This document shows, one piece after another, positions 47,104 to 55,051 of a DNA stretch of 64,000 bases. Source of the DNA: a virus; the IMG/VR virus record IMGVR_UViG_3300009159_000035, one strand, 5' to 3'. How positions within the stretch are numbered: position 1 is the first letter of the stretch; each line of letters opens with the position of its first letter. The notes beneath the pieces are model-generated. The model saw nothing but the letters and a program-made list of their open reading frames with translations, did not search any database and was not told the DNA's origin. The position numbers were made by a program, and so were the translations under genes.

Positions 47104-47859
47104 ATGAAGAAATTATTGGATTGGAATGATTATCATAAGTATGCAGATTTTACAAAGTCTGACTTGATACTTGAGGCAGAAGAGTCTGATCCAGTGTTAA
47201 AGAAGGTAAAAATAAAAGTAGATTATGCAATTAGAAAAGTTGCAGTTAAATATAAATTTTTTGCCGATCTTACTTATAAGTTAAGAATTATCTACACTAG
47301 ACAGATTAAAACCGCAGCCGTTGATGGAACAAATATGTTTATTAATCCAGACTTTTTTGAACCGCTAACTGAAGATCAAATTGTATTTATTGTATGTCAT
47401 GAAGTTATGCACTGTGCACTATTTCATTTTGCACGTATTCAAGGTAGAGATGGATATCGCTGGAATATTGCTGGCGACTATGAAATAAACTGGTTATTAT
47501 CAGAAGATGGAATTCTATCATATGACGAGATTAAGAATACTTTACGCGGTATGATTGAAAAATCCTATGCTGGTAAAAATGCTGAACAGTTATACGAAGA
47601 TCCGGAAATGATAGTTCCACCAAAGGAAGAAGATCAAGAACAAGACACTACTGCTGGAGGTCAACAAGACGGAGATCCTCCTCCGGGTGGTGGAGGTAAA
47701 AAACCCAAAGAGGGCTTATTTCCTGGCAATATTATATACGACAAATCTAGCGGATCTTATGGTAAAGTTAATTCAATTGATAAAACAACTGGTGAAGTTG
47801 ATTTTTCACCATTAAGCAAACAAGAAGCTGAAATTGAATTGAAAAAACTTAAAGCTTAA
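47104..47859 (+). CDS. DUF2201 N-terminal-like metallopeptidase
   Basis: TAAVDG..NPDF; HEVMH; WNIAGDYEIN. Confidence 0.85.
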   Translation: MKKLLDWNDYHKYADFTKSDLILEAEESDPVLKKVKIKVDYAIRKVAVKYKFFADLTYKLRIIYTRQIKTAAVDGTNMFINPDFFEPLTEDQIVFIVCHEVMHCALFHFARIQGRDGYRWNIAGDYEINWLLSEDGILSYDEIKNTLRGMIEKSYAGKNAEQLYEDPEMIVPPKEEDQEQDTTAGGQQDGDPPPGGGGKKPKEGLFPGNIIYDKSSGSYGKVNSIDKTTGEVDFSPLSKQEAEIELKKLKA

Positions 47860-47863
47860 TAAT

Positions 47864-49015
47864 ATGAAAACAAACTTATCTAATATAGTTAAATTAGTAA
47901 ATCCGAATGGTGCAAAAGGCGGAGGCAAAGGAGAAAGTGGAGAAGAATCAACTGATAATGGTATTGAAACTAAGACCTTAGAGAAACCTGAAGAATTAGG
48001 CGGTGGTACTGGAGAAGAAGAAGAAGAAGGTAAAGAAGAAGAAGGTAAAGAAGAAGAAGAAAAAGAAGGTTCTGGAAAAGGTAAAGGTAAACCTGGAAAA
48101 GAAAAAGGCAAAGGCTCAGGTGAAGGCGAATCTGAAGGAGATGGGCCAATGGTAGATGCAGATGATATTAATAATATTGAATCAAATAAAAATGTTGTTG
48201 TTCGAAATGATGTCCGTGCAGGAAAAGGCCAAGGTAAAGTAGTTGGACGAGGCACAGGCGAAGTTATTTCACCAGCTGAAGGTAATCGTATTGCTAAATC
48301 AGAAGGATATGATGAGCGTAGCCCACGTACAGAAGAGGAATGGAAGAAGGATGCAAGAACATCGGCTCAAACAAATCTTTCTAAACGAACCAAAAACATT
48401 GGTAGCGGAGCAGGAGCAATATATCAAAGGATTATGGAGCTTACTGATCCAATTGTAGATTGGCGAGCTGAATTACGTAGATTTATAGGTAAACTTGCAA
48501 GTTCATCAGATTTTAAATTTCCAGCACGAAGATCAATTGGGTCAGGTGATTATCGCTATGGTATTAAATCCAAAAATAATGCTCTGGAAAATGGAATAAT
48601 TGCAATTGACGTAAGTGGATCAATTGCATCGGCTTTTCCAGAACTATTAGCTGAGGTTGTTGGAATTGCAAGCGCAAAGAAAATAAAGGAAATATCAGTT
48701 TTACCATGGAATGATAGAGTAGTTACTCCAGTAATATTTAAAAATTTTAAAAAACCAACCCCAGTTGATTTTGAAAAGGTTTCAACTGGTGGAGGTTCAA
48801 ATGGAATGCCGGATGTTATGCGCTGGATTCAGAATAATGTAAAAGATCGCCCAGACTTTGTAGTTATTATAACGGATGGATTTATTCCAACTCTACCTAC
48901 TGCTCCTAAATGGGGTAGGAAAACCATTTGGCTAATATTTGATAATAACTCATTTGATGTACCTGCCGGTTGGGGTCAAGTTATTCATGCAAAAGGCGAT
49001 GAACGCTATAAATAA
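47864..49015 (+). CDS. vWA-domain protein (DUF2201 C-terminal-like) with E/G/K-rich linker
   Basis: VDWRAELRRF; IDVSGS; GGGS; IITDG; GAA repeats at 48014-48070. Confidence 0.85.
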   Translation: MKTNLSNIVKLVNPNGAKGGGKGESGEESTDNGIETKTLEKPEELGGGTGEEEEEGKEEEGKEEEEKEGSGKGKGKPGKEKGKGSGEGESEGDGPMVDADDINNIESNKNVVVRNDVRAGKGQGKVVGRGTGEVISPAEGNRIAKSEGYDERSPRTEEEWKKDARTSAQTNLSKRTKNIGSGAGAIYQRIMELTDPIVDWRAELRRFIGKLASSSDFKFPARRSIGSGDYRYGIKSKNNALENGIIAIDVSGSIASAFPELLAEVVGIASAKKIKEISVLPWNDRVVTPVIFKNFKKPTPVDFEKVSTGGGSNGMPDVMRWIQNNVKDRPDFVVIITDGFIPTLPTAPKWGRKTIWLIFDNNSFDVPAGWGQVIHAKGDERYK

Positions 49016-49045
49016 AAACTTTTTAACTAATTAGAGTTAAATAAT

Positions 49046-49067
49046 ACTGGAAACATAGAGCCTCGCT
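49046..49067 (+). repeat. inverted repeat, left arm
   Basis: ACTGGAAACATAGAGCCTCGCT pairs with 49906-49928. Confidence 0.8.
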
Positions 49068-49146
49068 CTGTTTGTCTCGGGTTTACGAGCCCTTGAGTAA
49101 TCAATAGAAGGTTACAATGAGATAAGCATAAAATAACACAACTCTT

Positions 49147-49893
49147 ATGTACCAACAAAACATCACAACTAGTGGGTCTACTGCAGTTTACACAAGCTTC
49201 AGTAATCCACAACCATCTGCAACAATCACAAAAGGCAGAGGAAGACTAAAAACCTACGGGTCAAATGTCTATTTAAAAGACGGTTCAAATTTCGAAATTG
49301 AACTCTACAATCCAAAAACAACATCAGTATTAGCAAAAATCTGGGTCAATGGTCAAGTACTATCGGCTGCCGGTATTGTGATAAGACCTGGGCAAAGGGT
49401 CTATCTGGAAAGATTCATTGATGTTGCTAAAAAATTCAAGTTTACAACATATGAGGTTGATGACTCTAGCCAAACCAAATTAGCAATTGCAAATAATGGT
49501 AAGGTTGAAGTTCTGTTCTATGATGAATCTATTTCATATCAACCTCCGGTAATGCTTTATGGTAATACAATTACAACCAATTACTATAATCAACCTAGCA
49601 CGTTAACTGTTGGCGGAAGCGCTGGCGTCTTTACCTGCAGCTCAAGCATTTCAGCTAACTCAGTTGAGACGGGTATTGTTGAAAAAGGCGGAAGTTCTAA
49701 ACAGCAATTTTCTAATACCTATGGTAATTTTAACTCATGGACTTGTGCAACCAGTACCTGGCAAATTTTACCAGAAAGTAAAAAACCCGTTGAAATGGGA
49801 GAAATTCGCTCCTATTGCACAGGCTGTGGAACCCGCCATAAAAAAGCAACTTGGAAATTCTGCCCTAATTGTGGAATTCCAGTAACTGAATAA
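49147..49893 (+). CDS. beta-rich protein with C-terminal zinc ribbon
   Basis: VYLKDGSNFEIELYNP; YLERF; CTGC..CPNC. Confidence 0.75.
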   Translation: MYQQNITTSGSTAVYTSFSNPQPSATITKGRGRLKTYGSNVYLKDGSNFEIELYNPKTTSVLAKIWVNGQVLSAAGIVIRPGQRVYLERFIDVAKKFKFTTYEVDDSSQTKLAIANNGKVEVLFYDESISYQPPVMLYGNTITTNYYNQPSTLTVGGSAGVFTCSSSISANSVETGIVEKGGSSKQQFSNTYGNFNSWTCATSTWQILPESKKPVEMGEIRSYCTGCGTRHKKATWKFCPNCGIPVTE

Positions 49894-49905
49894 CAATTAG
49901 TCCTA

Positions 49906-49928
49906 AGCGAGGCTCTATTTGTTCCAGT
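49906..49928 (+). repeat. inverted repeat, right arm
   Basis: AGCGAGGCTCTATTTGTTCCAGT: 13-bp plus 7-bp perfect complement to left arm. Confidence 0.8.
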
Positions 49929-49962
49929 TTGCAAGATAAATAAACTTAAATTATTTAATAAA

Positions 49963-50247
49963 ATGGAAACAAGTCATAGTAAAATTTTAAGCTTTGAAGA
50001 ATTTACTCAATCAAATACTAATCAAGAAATGGAAATGCCTATGGGTATGGGCAATGGATCACAAGATTCACAAGAAATGACTGCTGAATTACCGCTAGGT
50101 AACAATAATGAACCAGTACCAGCTAAATCTCCTGAAAATGGAGAAACTGATCATGCTCTTTCTATGAATATGATGACTGATACTGAGCCTAAGATTGAAG
50201 TTGAGCCAAGTGAAAAAGAAGCTGGCGCAGAAGACTCTACTCTTTAA
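49963..50247 (+). CDS. acidic disordered late protein (CTS-like leader)
   Basis: SKILSFEEF. Confidence 0.55.
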   Translation: METSHSKILSFEEFTQSNTNQEMEMPMGMGNGSQDSQEMTAELPLGNNNEPVPAKSPENGETDHALSMNMMTDTEPKIEVEPSEKEAGAEDSTL

Positions 50248-50271
50248 TTAAAAAAAGCAAGTTCACAAATA

Positions 50272-50667
50272 ATGAGTACTTCCAGAAATAGAGGCACGCA
50301 AGAGGTTGATTCAATGATGAATGATATTCTTGATGCCCTAGACATTATTAAAGCCAAGTTGCCAAATGGTGAACTTAAAGTAATACAAGAAAGGATCGAA
50401 AATATCGAATCGTCTCAGGGCGATATGAAAGAAGATCTACGTAATATCCGAAAGCAATTACTTGATCCAGAAGATGGAATTATTGTTCGAGTAAATAAAA
50501 ACACAGAATTTCGTAAACGAAAAGAAGAAGATGCTCGAGAGTTTGCTAAAATATTAGACGAACATAAAGAGCTTATGTCATGGAAGGGCACAGTAACCAA
50601 ATTACTTTGGATTATTGTTACCGCAGTTGTTGGGATAGCCGTTGGTTTAATATTTAGATTAGGATAA
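50272..50667 (+). CDS. coiled-coil protein with C-terminal TM
   Basis: LLDPEDGIIVRVNKN; hydrophobic tail. Confidence 0.65.
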   Translation: MSTSRNRGTQEVDSMMNDILDALDIIKAKLPNGELKVIQERIENIESSQGDMKEDLRNIRKQLLDPEDGIIVRVNKNTEFRKRKEEDAREFAKILDEHKELMSWKGTVTKLLWIIVTAVVGIAVGLIFRLG

Positions 50668-50688
50668 CGGTTCTTTATTTTTTTTTTG

Positions 50689-50717
50689 AAAAGTCCCAAT
50701 TTGTTGGGACTTTTTTT
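50689..50717 (+). terminator. intrinsic terminator
   Basis: AAAAGTCCCAA..TTGGGACTTTT. Confidence 0.85.
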
Positions 50718-50748
50718 GTTTTATGTAGTATAATAATACAAATCAAAC

Positions 50749-51006
50749 ATGAAACATTATTTTAAAATATTAGCACTGGCCCTAATTATGGCAGGCTGTA
50801 GTCAACCAAAGGTTGAAAAGGTTACACTTGAAAAGCACGCAATTGTTGAAGTATTTAAACAGGCTCCAATTAGTGTACATGATTATCTTTCACCGAGATA
50901 TTATGCAATTCTTGAAAATGGAGATACCGTACCAGTAAGATCAAGAACCCAAAAAGGCGATACTATTACATACAAATATATTAAATATGCTAAAGCCTCG
51001 AATTAG
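50749..51006 (+). CDS. lipoprotein
   Basis: MAG-C lipobox. Confidence 0.65.
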   Translation: MKHYFKILALALIMAGCSQPKVEKVTLEKHAIVEVFKQAPISVHDYLSPRYYAILENGDTVPVRSRTQKGDTITYKYIKYAKASN

Positions 51007-51196
51007 TGAAGATGCCATATATAAAGAGGCAATCAAAGAGAGAGCACTACACTATCTTGAGAATTATCAAGGGTTAGATATTGTGAAGTATTTAGAATTT
51101 TATGGAACTGGCCTAATCTTATCAGATATGGTACGTTTATATGGAGTCAAACACGTAGTTAACCATTTGACTATTATGATTAATGAATTAAAATAA
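50987..51196 (+). CDS. hypothetical protein
   Basis: 69 aa, operon packing. Confidence 0.55.
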   Translation: MLKPRISEDAIYKEAIKERALHYLENYQGLDIVKYLEFYGTGLILSDMVRLYGVKHVVNHLTIMINELK

Positions 51197-51213
51197 AAAA
51201 CAAATAAAAAACA

Positions 51214-51534
51214 ATGAAAAAACTAATTTTTATATTAGCGATTGTATTATCGAATACAGTAAACGCGCAAACTAAGTTTTCTGACCATGCCCAGCCTACT
51301 TTTAAAAAAGACACTCTATATCTTTTATGTGATGATCCTATGTCAATTCAAACCTATAAAATTTGGTTACAGGATACAACCTGGAAAGGCGTCAACCCAG
51401 TAATAAATTGGGTAGATCCAAAACAAATGAAATTAATTAAAGTTATGTATGCAACTACCCGTAAACGTAGAGATAATTCAAGTTTAGATAATAGCTATAC
51501 ACCAATTAATGTAAATGACTATGGCCGCAACTAG
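51214..51534 (+). CDS. secreted hypothetical protein
   Basis: MKKLIFILAIVLSNTVNA-Q signal peptide. Confidence 0.65.
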   Translation: MKKLIFILAIVLSNTVNAQTKFSDHAQPTFKKDTLYLLCDDPMSIQTYKIWLQDTTWKGVNPVINWVDPKQMKLIKVMYATTRKRRDNSSLDNSYTPINVNDYGRN

Positions 51535-51748
51535 TAAACATTACGGAGATGTAGCTCTTTGGATTAAAAAGGTAATTGACTCATGCGAGACTCAGGAACA
51601 AGACCTAGCTGCTAGAAAATTAATAGCACAATTCATGGTAGTCCATCATGATTTAGAATTTGTGGTATTAAACAAATTAACTAGGGACCTTAGTATGAGG
51701 CTTGATGATAGAACAATGGACCGATTGGAAAATATTCAATTTCACTAA
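51515..51748 (+). CDS. hypothetical protein
   Basis: KVIDSCET. Confidence 0.6.
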   Translation: MTMAATSKHYGDVALWIKKVIDSCETQEQDLAARKLIAQFMVVHHDLEFVVLNKLTRDLSMRLDDRTMDRLENIQFH

Positions 51749-51751
51749 AGC

Positions 51752-52090
51752 ATGCCAATATTAATTAAATTACACGAGGACGGTGGAGAAGAGGTCAAAG
51801 AACAAGGTGCTCGAGTTGAAGCCATTGCCTGGAATGAGGACCGCACTTATAAAGAAGTGGTTGGTAGTGAGCCGGTTATCGGATGTTCTATGCTAGTTGG
51901 ATCAGTTACAGCACGGTCATACTCAAATCAAGATTATTGGCTGACAACTAAAGTAACTGAAATACTTGAAAAACAGCTAGACTCAGCAGGTCATATTGAC
52001 TTTGTAAAGTTTAGGACTGAAAAGTCAGTATATGTACTGGTTGGAGATCTAGAAGAATGGAAAAAATATAAAAATAATATCTCTAAATAA
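51752..52090 (+). CDS. hypothetical phage protein
   Basis: DYWLTTKVTEI..FRTEKSVY. Confidence 0.65.
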   Translation: MPILIKLHEDGGEEVKEQGARVEAIAWNEDRTYKEVVGSEPVIGCSMLVGSVTARSYSNQDYWLTTKVTEILEKQLDSAGHIDFVKFRTEKSVYVLVGDLEEWKKYKNNISK

Positions 52091-52091
52091 T

Positions 52092-52343
52092 ATGAACACT
52101 GAAAAACAAGTAGGCGACATTACTCATGGAATTGCAGCAGTTACCAAAGATGAAAAGGATGGCTCAATTTTTGTTTACCACTTTTGCGGCTATTTTGAAG
52201 AACCTAGTTTAGCTGATTTTGAAGCATTAAGAAAAGAATTAGAAACTGATGCTGAGTTTGGATTGGTTGGCATGGACTTTGAGTTAATTGCAGCAACTGA
52301 AGACATGATAAATCACGTGAAGAATGAAAGTAATATTTCTTGA
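52092..52343 (+). CDS. hypothetical protein
   Basis: HFCGY. Confidence 0.6.
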   Translation: MNTEKQVGDITHGIAAVTKDEKDGSIFVYHFCGYFEEPSLADFEALRKELETDAEFGLVGMDFELIAATEDMINHVKNESNIS

Positions 52344-52911
52344 TCATGATGGCGTTATTTGCTTAGCAACTGAATGGGGCGGCAGACTTAAGAAGCGACA
52401 TAAAGCTGGATATAAGAGAAATAATAATGCTAAAGATATGCCACTTGATTTTCGTTTTGATAATTTTAATCAAAAGGCTATTGATATTCTTAATGATATT
52501 ATCGATCAAACTGGAGCAGAGATTGTTGTAAGTTCAGATTGGACACGTTGGGCAACCGTAGAAGAAATGGGAGAGTATTATGAATCTAAAGGTATTTGTA
52601 AAAAACCTATTGCATTTACTCCAACCTTAAGTAATTGTACTTGGCATAATGAATCAGTATTTGTATGGAGTCCAAAATGGGATCTTGAACAAACTCGAGC
52701 AGTTGAAATTAGGCAATATTTAATAGACCATCCAGAGATTACTAATTGGGTTGCAGTTGACGATCTTAATATGGGAGCTCCGTATACTGACTTAACTTGG
52801 GGAGATACTGATAGAGAATGGGGGCTTAAAAATTTCGTATTGACTCCAAAATCTAAAGAAGGTATTAAACAGTCTGGCATTAAAGAAAAAATCTTAACAT
52901 TTTTATTATGA
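52324..52911 (+). CDS. HAD phosphatase (Swiss Army knife RNA-repair type)
   Basis: IFLDHDGV, IVVSSDW, RAVEI, VAVDD. Confidence 0.8.
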   Translation: MKVIFLDHDGVICLATEWGGRLKKRHKAGYKRNNNAKDMPLDFRFDNFNQKAIDILNDIIDQTGAEIVVSSDWTRWATVEEMGEYYESKGICKKPIAFTPTLSNCTWHNESVFVWSPKWDLEQTRAVEIRQYLIDHPEITNWVAVDDLNMGAPYTDLTWGDTDREWGLKNFVLTPKSKEGIKQSGIKEKILTFLL

Positions 52912-53087
52912 GCACCGAAACAATTGTTACTAAGCAAGATGCAAAATACAGCAGAAATGCTTATCTTAAAATAGTAGATGATAAAGTTGTATTTGACTGT
53001 TCAGATACTGAGTATGGGCCAATCGAATTTGACTTAGCCTTATTAGAAGAAAAAATTAAACAACACAAATCACAATATGGAAAATAA
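52908..53087 (+). CDS. small hypothetical protein (not in ORF track)
   Basis: ATGA-coupled 59-aa ORF MSTETIVTK. Confidence 0.55.
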   Translation: MSTETIVTKQDAKYSRNAYLKIVDDKVVFDCSDTEYGPIEFDLALLEEKIKQHKSQYGK

Positions 53088-53316
53088 TGAACTTGGCTTA
53101 ATTGAACAAATTGCAAAAGAAGGTGCAATTCAAACAGTTCAAGCATTAGCATCAGCTCAACAAATGGGCATGGTTACTTCGCAAGAAGACTTAACTCGAC
53201 TACTTCAATCTGGCATGGAAGTTGTAATTGAAGAGTATATTCAAAGAATCGAAAATCAATCTAAAATTATTCTAAATGAAGCTGGAAGTATTCGAAAAGA
53301 TAGTAACTCAAATTAA
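53077..53316 (+). CDS. hypothetical protein
   Basis: 79 aa helical. Confidence 0.6.
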   Translation: MENNELGLIEQIAKEGAIQTVQALASAQQMGMVTSQEDLTRLLQSGMEVVIEEYIQRIENQSKIILNEAGSIRKDSNSN

Positions 53317-53647
53317 GGACCAACAAGAAAAAAGTAGAACTCTTTATCGATTAGGAGTTGACTTGATGGACTATGAGGAGTCTTATAGTGCTACTATTAC
53401 TTTATTACTTAGAGCGTATTATGGAAAGGAGGCAGAGGATTGGATTTCTTGGTTTATTTATGAGAGGGATGATTTATCTGAAGAGCCAAATCAAGCTTGG
53501 GATAAAGACGGTACTCCAATTTGTTATGATATTCCAAGTCTTTGGAAATGTGTTGAGGAAATGAGATGCTCAACTGATTTTGTTGAATACGGTCTTGAAA
53601 AAACTAATCTTGACCTATTTGAATCTATTTTTGGCAGGCCTCATTAA
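53276..53647 (+). CDS. hypothetical phage protein
   Basis: DWISWFIYE. Confidence 0.65.
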   Translation: MKLEVFEKIVTQIKDQQEKSRTLYRLGVDLMDYEESYSATITLLLRAYYGKEAEDWISWFIYERDDLSEEPNQAWDKDGTPICYDIPSLWKCVEEMRCSTDFVEYGLEKTNLDLFESIFGRPH

Positions 53648-53666
53648 TATTTAGTATAATAGTCAT

Positions 53667-54125
53667 ATGATACAATTAAATCAAAATAAACAGGTTGATA
53701 CGGTTAGTCGAATGCATAGATTTAAACGGCTATCTCAATTATTGGCACTTCGCATAACTAAAGCACTTGATCCAACTACGATTAAATCAGCTAACTTTGA
53801 TAATAGCGAACGTGAAGCTTCTAGTGTTTTTAAAAAAATGATTAAATTATCAACTAGTGAATTATTAATTAGTCCATTACTTAATAAACAATATGTTAAA
53901 AATGAAGATAATCGTATTTTAATAATAATGGATCAAACTGAACTTACGGTTATTAATCACGTATTTGGTTATAATATTAACCTTTCACCAAAAACTTACA
54001 AAACTTTGTATAATGCTTTTATTAGAGAAGTTGAAATCAGGCGAAATGAAATGGAAGCTAGTTTTAGAAATAATATCAAACATTCATTAAAAACCTTAAT
54101 TACTAAAATCGATGAACAAGTTTAA
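53667..54125 (+). CDS. hypothetical protein
   Basis: 152 aa; promoter motif upstream. Confidence 0.65.
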   Translation: MIQLNQNKQVDTVSRMHRFKRLSQLLALRITKALDPTTIKSANFDNSEREASSVFKKMIKLSTSELLISPLLNKQYVKNEDNRILIIMDQTELTVINHVFGYNINLSPKTYKTLYNAFIREVEIRRNEMEASFRNNIKHSLKTLITKIDEQV

Positions 54126-54393
54126 TAAGTTATTCATAATTGGTGCAAGTATTATTATAATAGTAACGGCACTAGTACTTACAGGTACAGTATTTGCAAT
54201 ATTTAAACCTCAATCTAATAAAGTTATATTAGGAGTAGACCAGATCCAGCATGATACACTTAGAATTCAAACTAAGATTATTATTCATGATACGCTAAGG
54301 ATCCCAGTTTCATGTAAAAAACAGCATTGTGAAGTACCTGTAACTAACCCAAGTTCAAGTACTCCAGATACAATTAAAAAACAAATAGATTAA
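54112..54393 (+). CDS. membrane-anchored protein
   Basis: TM; repeated HDTLRI. Confidence 0.6.
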   Translation: MNKFNKLFIIGASIIIIVTALVLTGTVFAIFKPQSNKVILGVDQIQHDTLRIQTKIIIHDTLRIPVSCKKQHCEVPVTNPSSSTPDTIKKQID

Positions 54394-54395
54394 TT

Positions 54396-55028
54396 ATGGA
54401 AGTAGGATTTGCAGATACATTCTTTGATAGTTTCAAAAGAATGATTAATAGAGAACGTTGGTATTGGAAAACCTGGGATTTTCTTAGATATGATTTACCT
54501 AGAGGTTTAAAAAATATGCGGATGTTTCATAAAGCTATCTGGAATTATACATGGTGGAGTGGTCAACATGCAGTATTACCATTACTACAAGTTGCGCTTG
54601 ATAATATAGCAATCCGAATTGAAAGAGACGGAATTGAAGAAGAAACCAGCTCAGGTAAAAAGGTTAAAGCTATGAAACGTGCATCAGAACTTATGCAACA
54701 CTTTATTGCTGATGATTTTATCCAAATGGCTGAGGCTGAATTAGGCGAAATCATACATCATCCTTGGGAATTTGAAGAAGTTCCAGATAAACCTGGATAT
54801 TCTCAATTAGTAGATCACAATACGGCAGAAGAAAGTGAGCACAATAGTAAAGTATTTGCAAGATCCCGTGAAATTGAAGAACAGGAATGGGCCGAATTAT
54901 GGCACTTAATAAAAGGTCAAGATTATTCAAAATTTGAAAGGACTTTAGAAGATAGTGATCATCAAACGGTATCTGATACTTGGCAAAAACAATTTGACGG
55001 CAGCGGATTACGAGGCTGGTGGGACTAA
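54396..55028 (+). CDS. hypothetical phage protein
   Basis: C-terminal GLRGWWD. Confidence 0.7.
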   Translation: MEVGFADTFFDSFKRMINRERWYWKTWDFLRYDLPRGLKNMRMFHKAIWNYTWWSGQHAVLPLLQVALDNIAIRIERDGIEEETSSGKKVKAMKRASELMQHFIADDFIQMAEAELGEIIHHPWEFEEVPDKPGYSQLVDHNTAEESEHNSKVFARSREIEEQEWAELWHLIKGQDYSKFERTLEDSDHQTVSDTWQKQFDGSGLRGWWD

Positions 55029-55051
55029 TAAAATAACTACAATACATATAC

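Noticed and set aside
28304-48070. CRISPR-like or DGR repeats
   Set aside because: The tandem repeats seen (28304-28384, 48014-48070) are in-frame low-complexity linkers without spacers; no cas or RT genes.
47104-49015. Frameshifted DUF2201 pseudogene
   Set aside because: Double stop followed by a fresh ATG, and both halves keep their catalytic/MIDAS motifs.
49046-49928. IS/MITE or retron
   Set aside because: No transposase or reverse transcriptase in the window and no evident target-site duplication.
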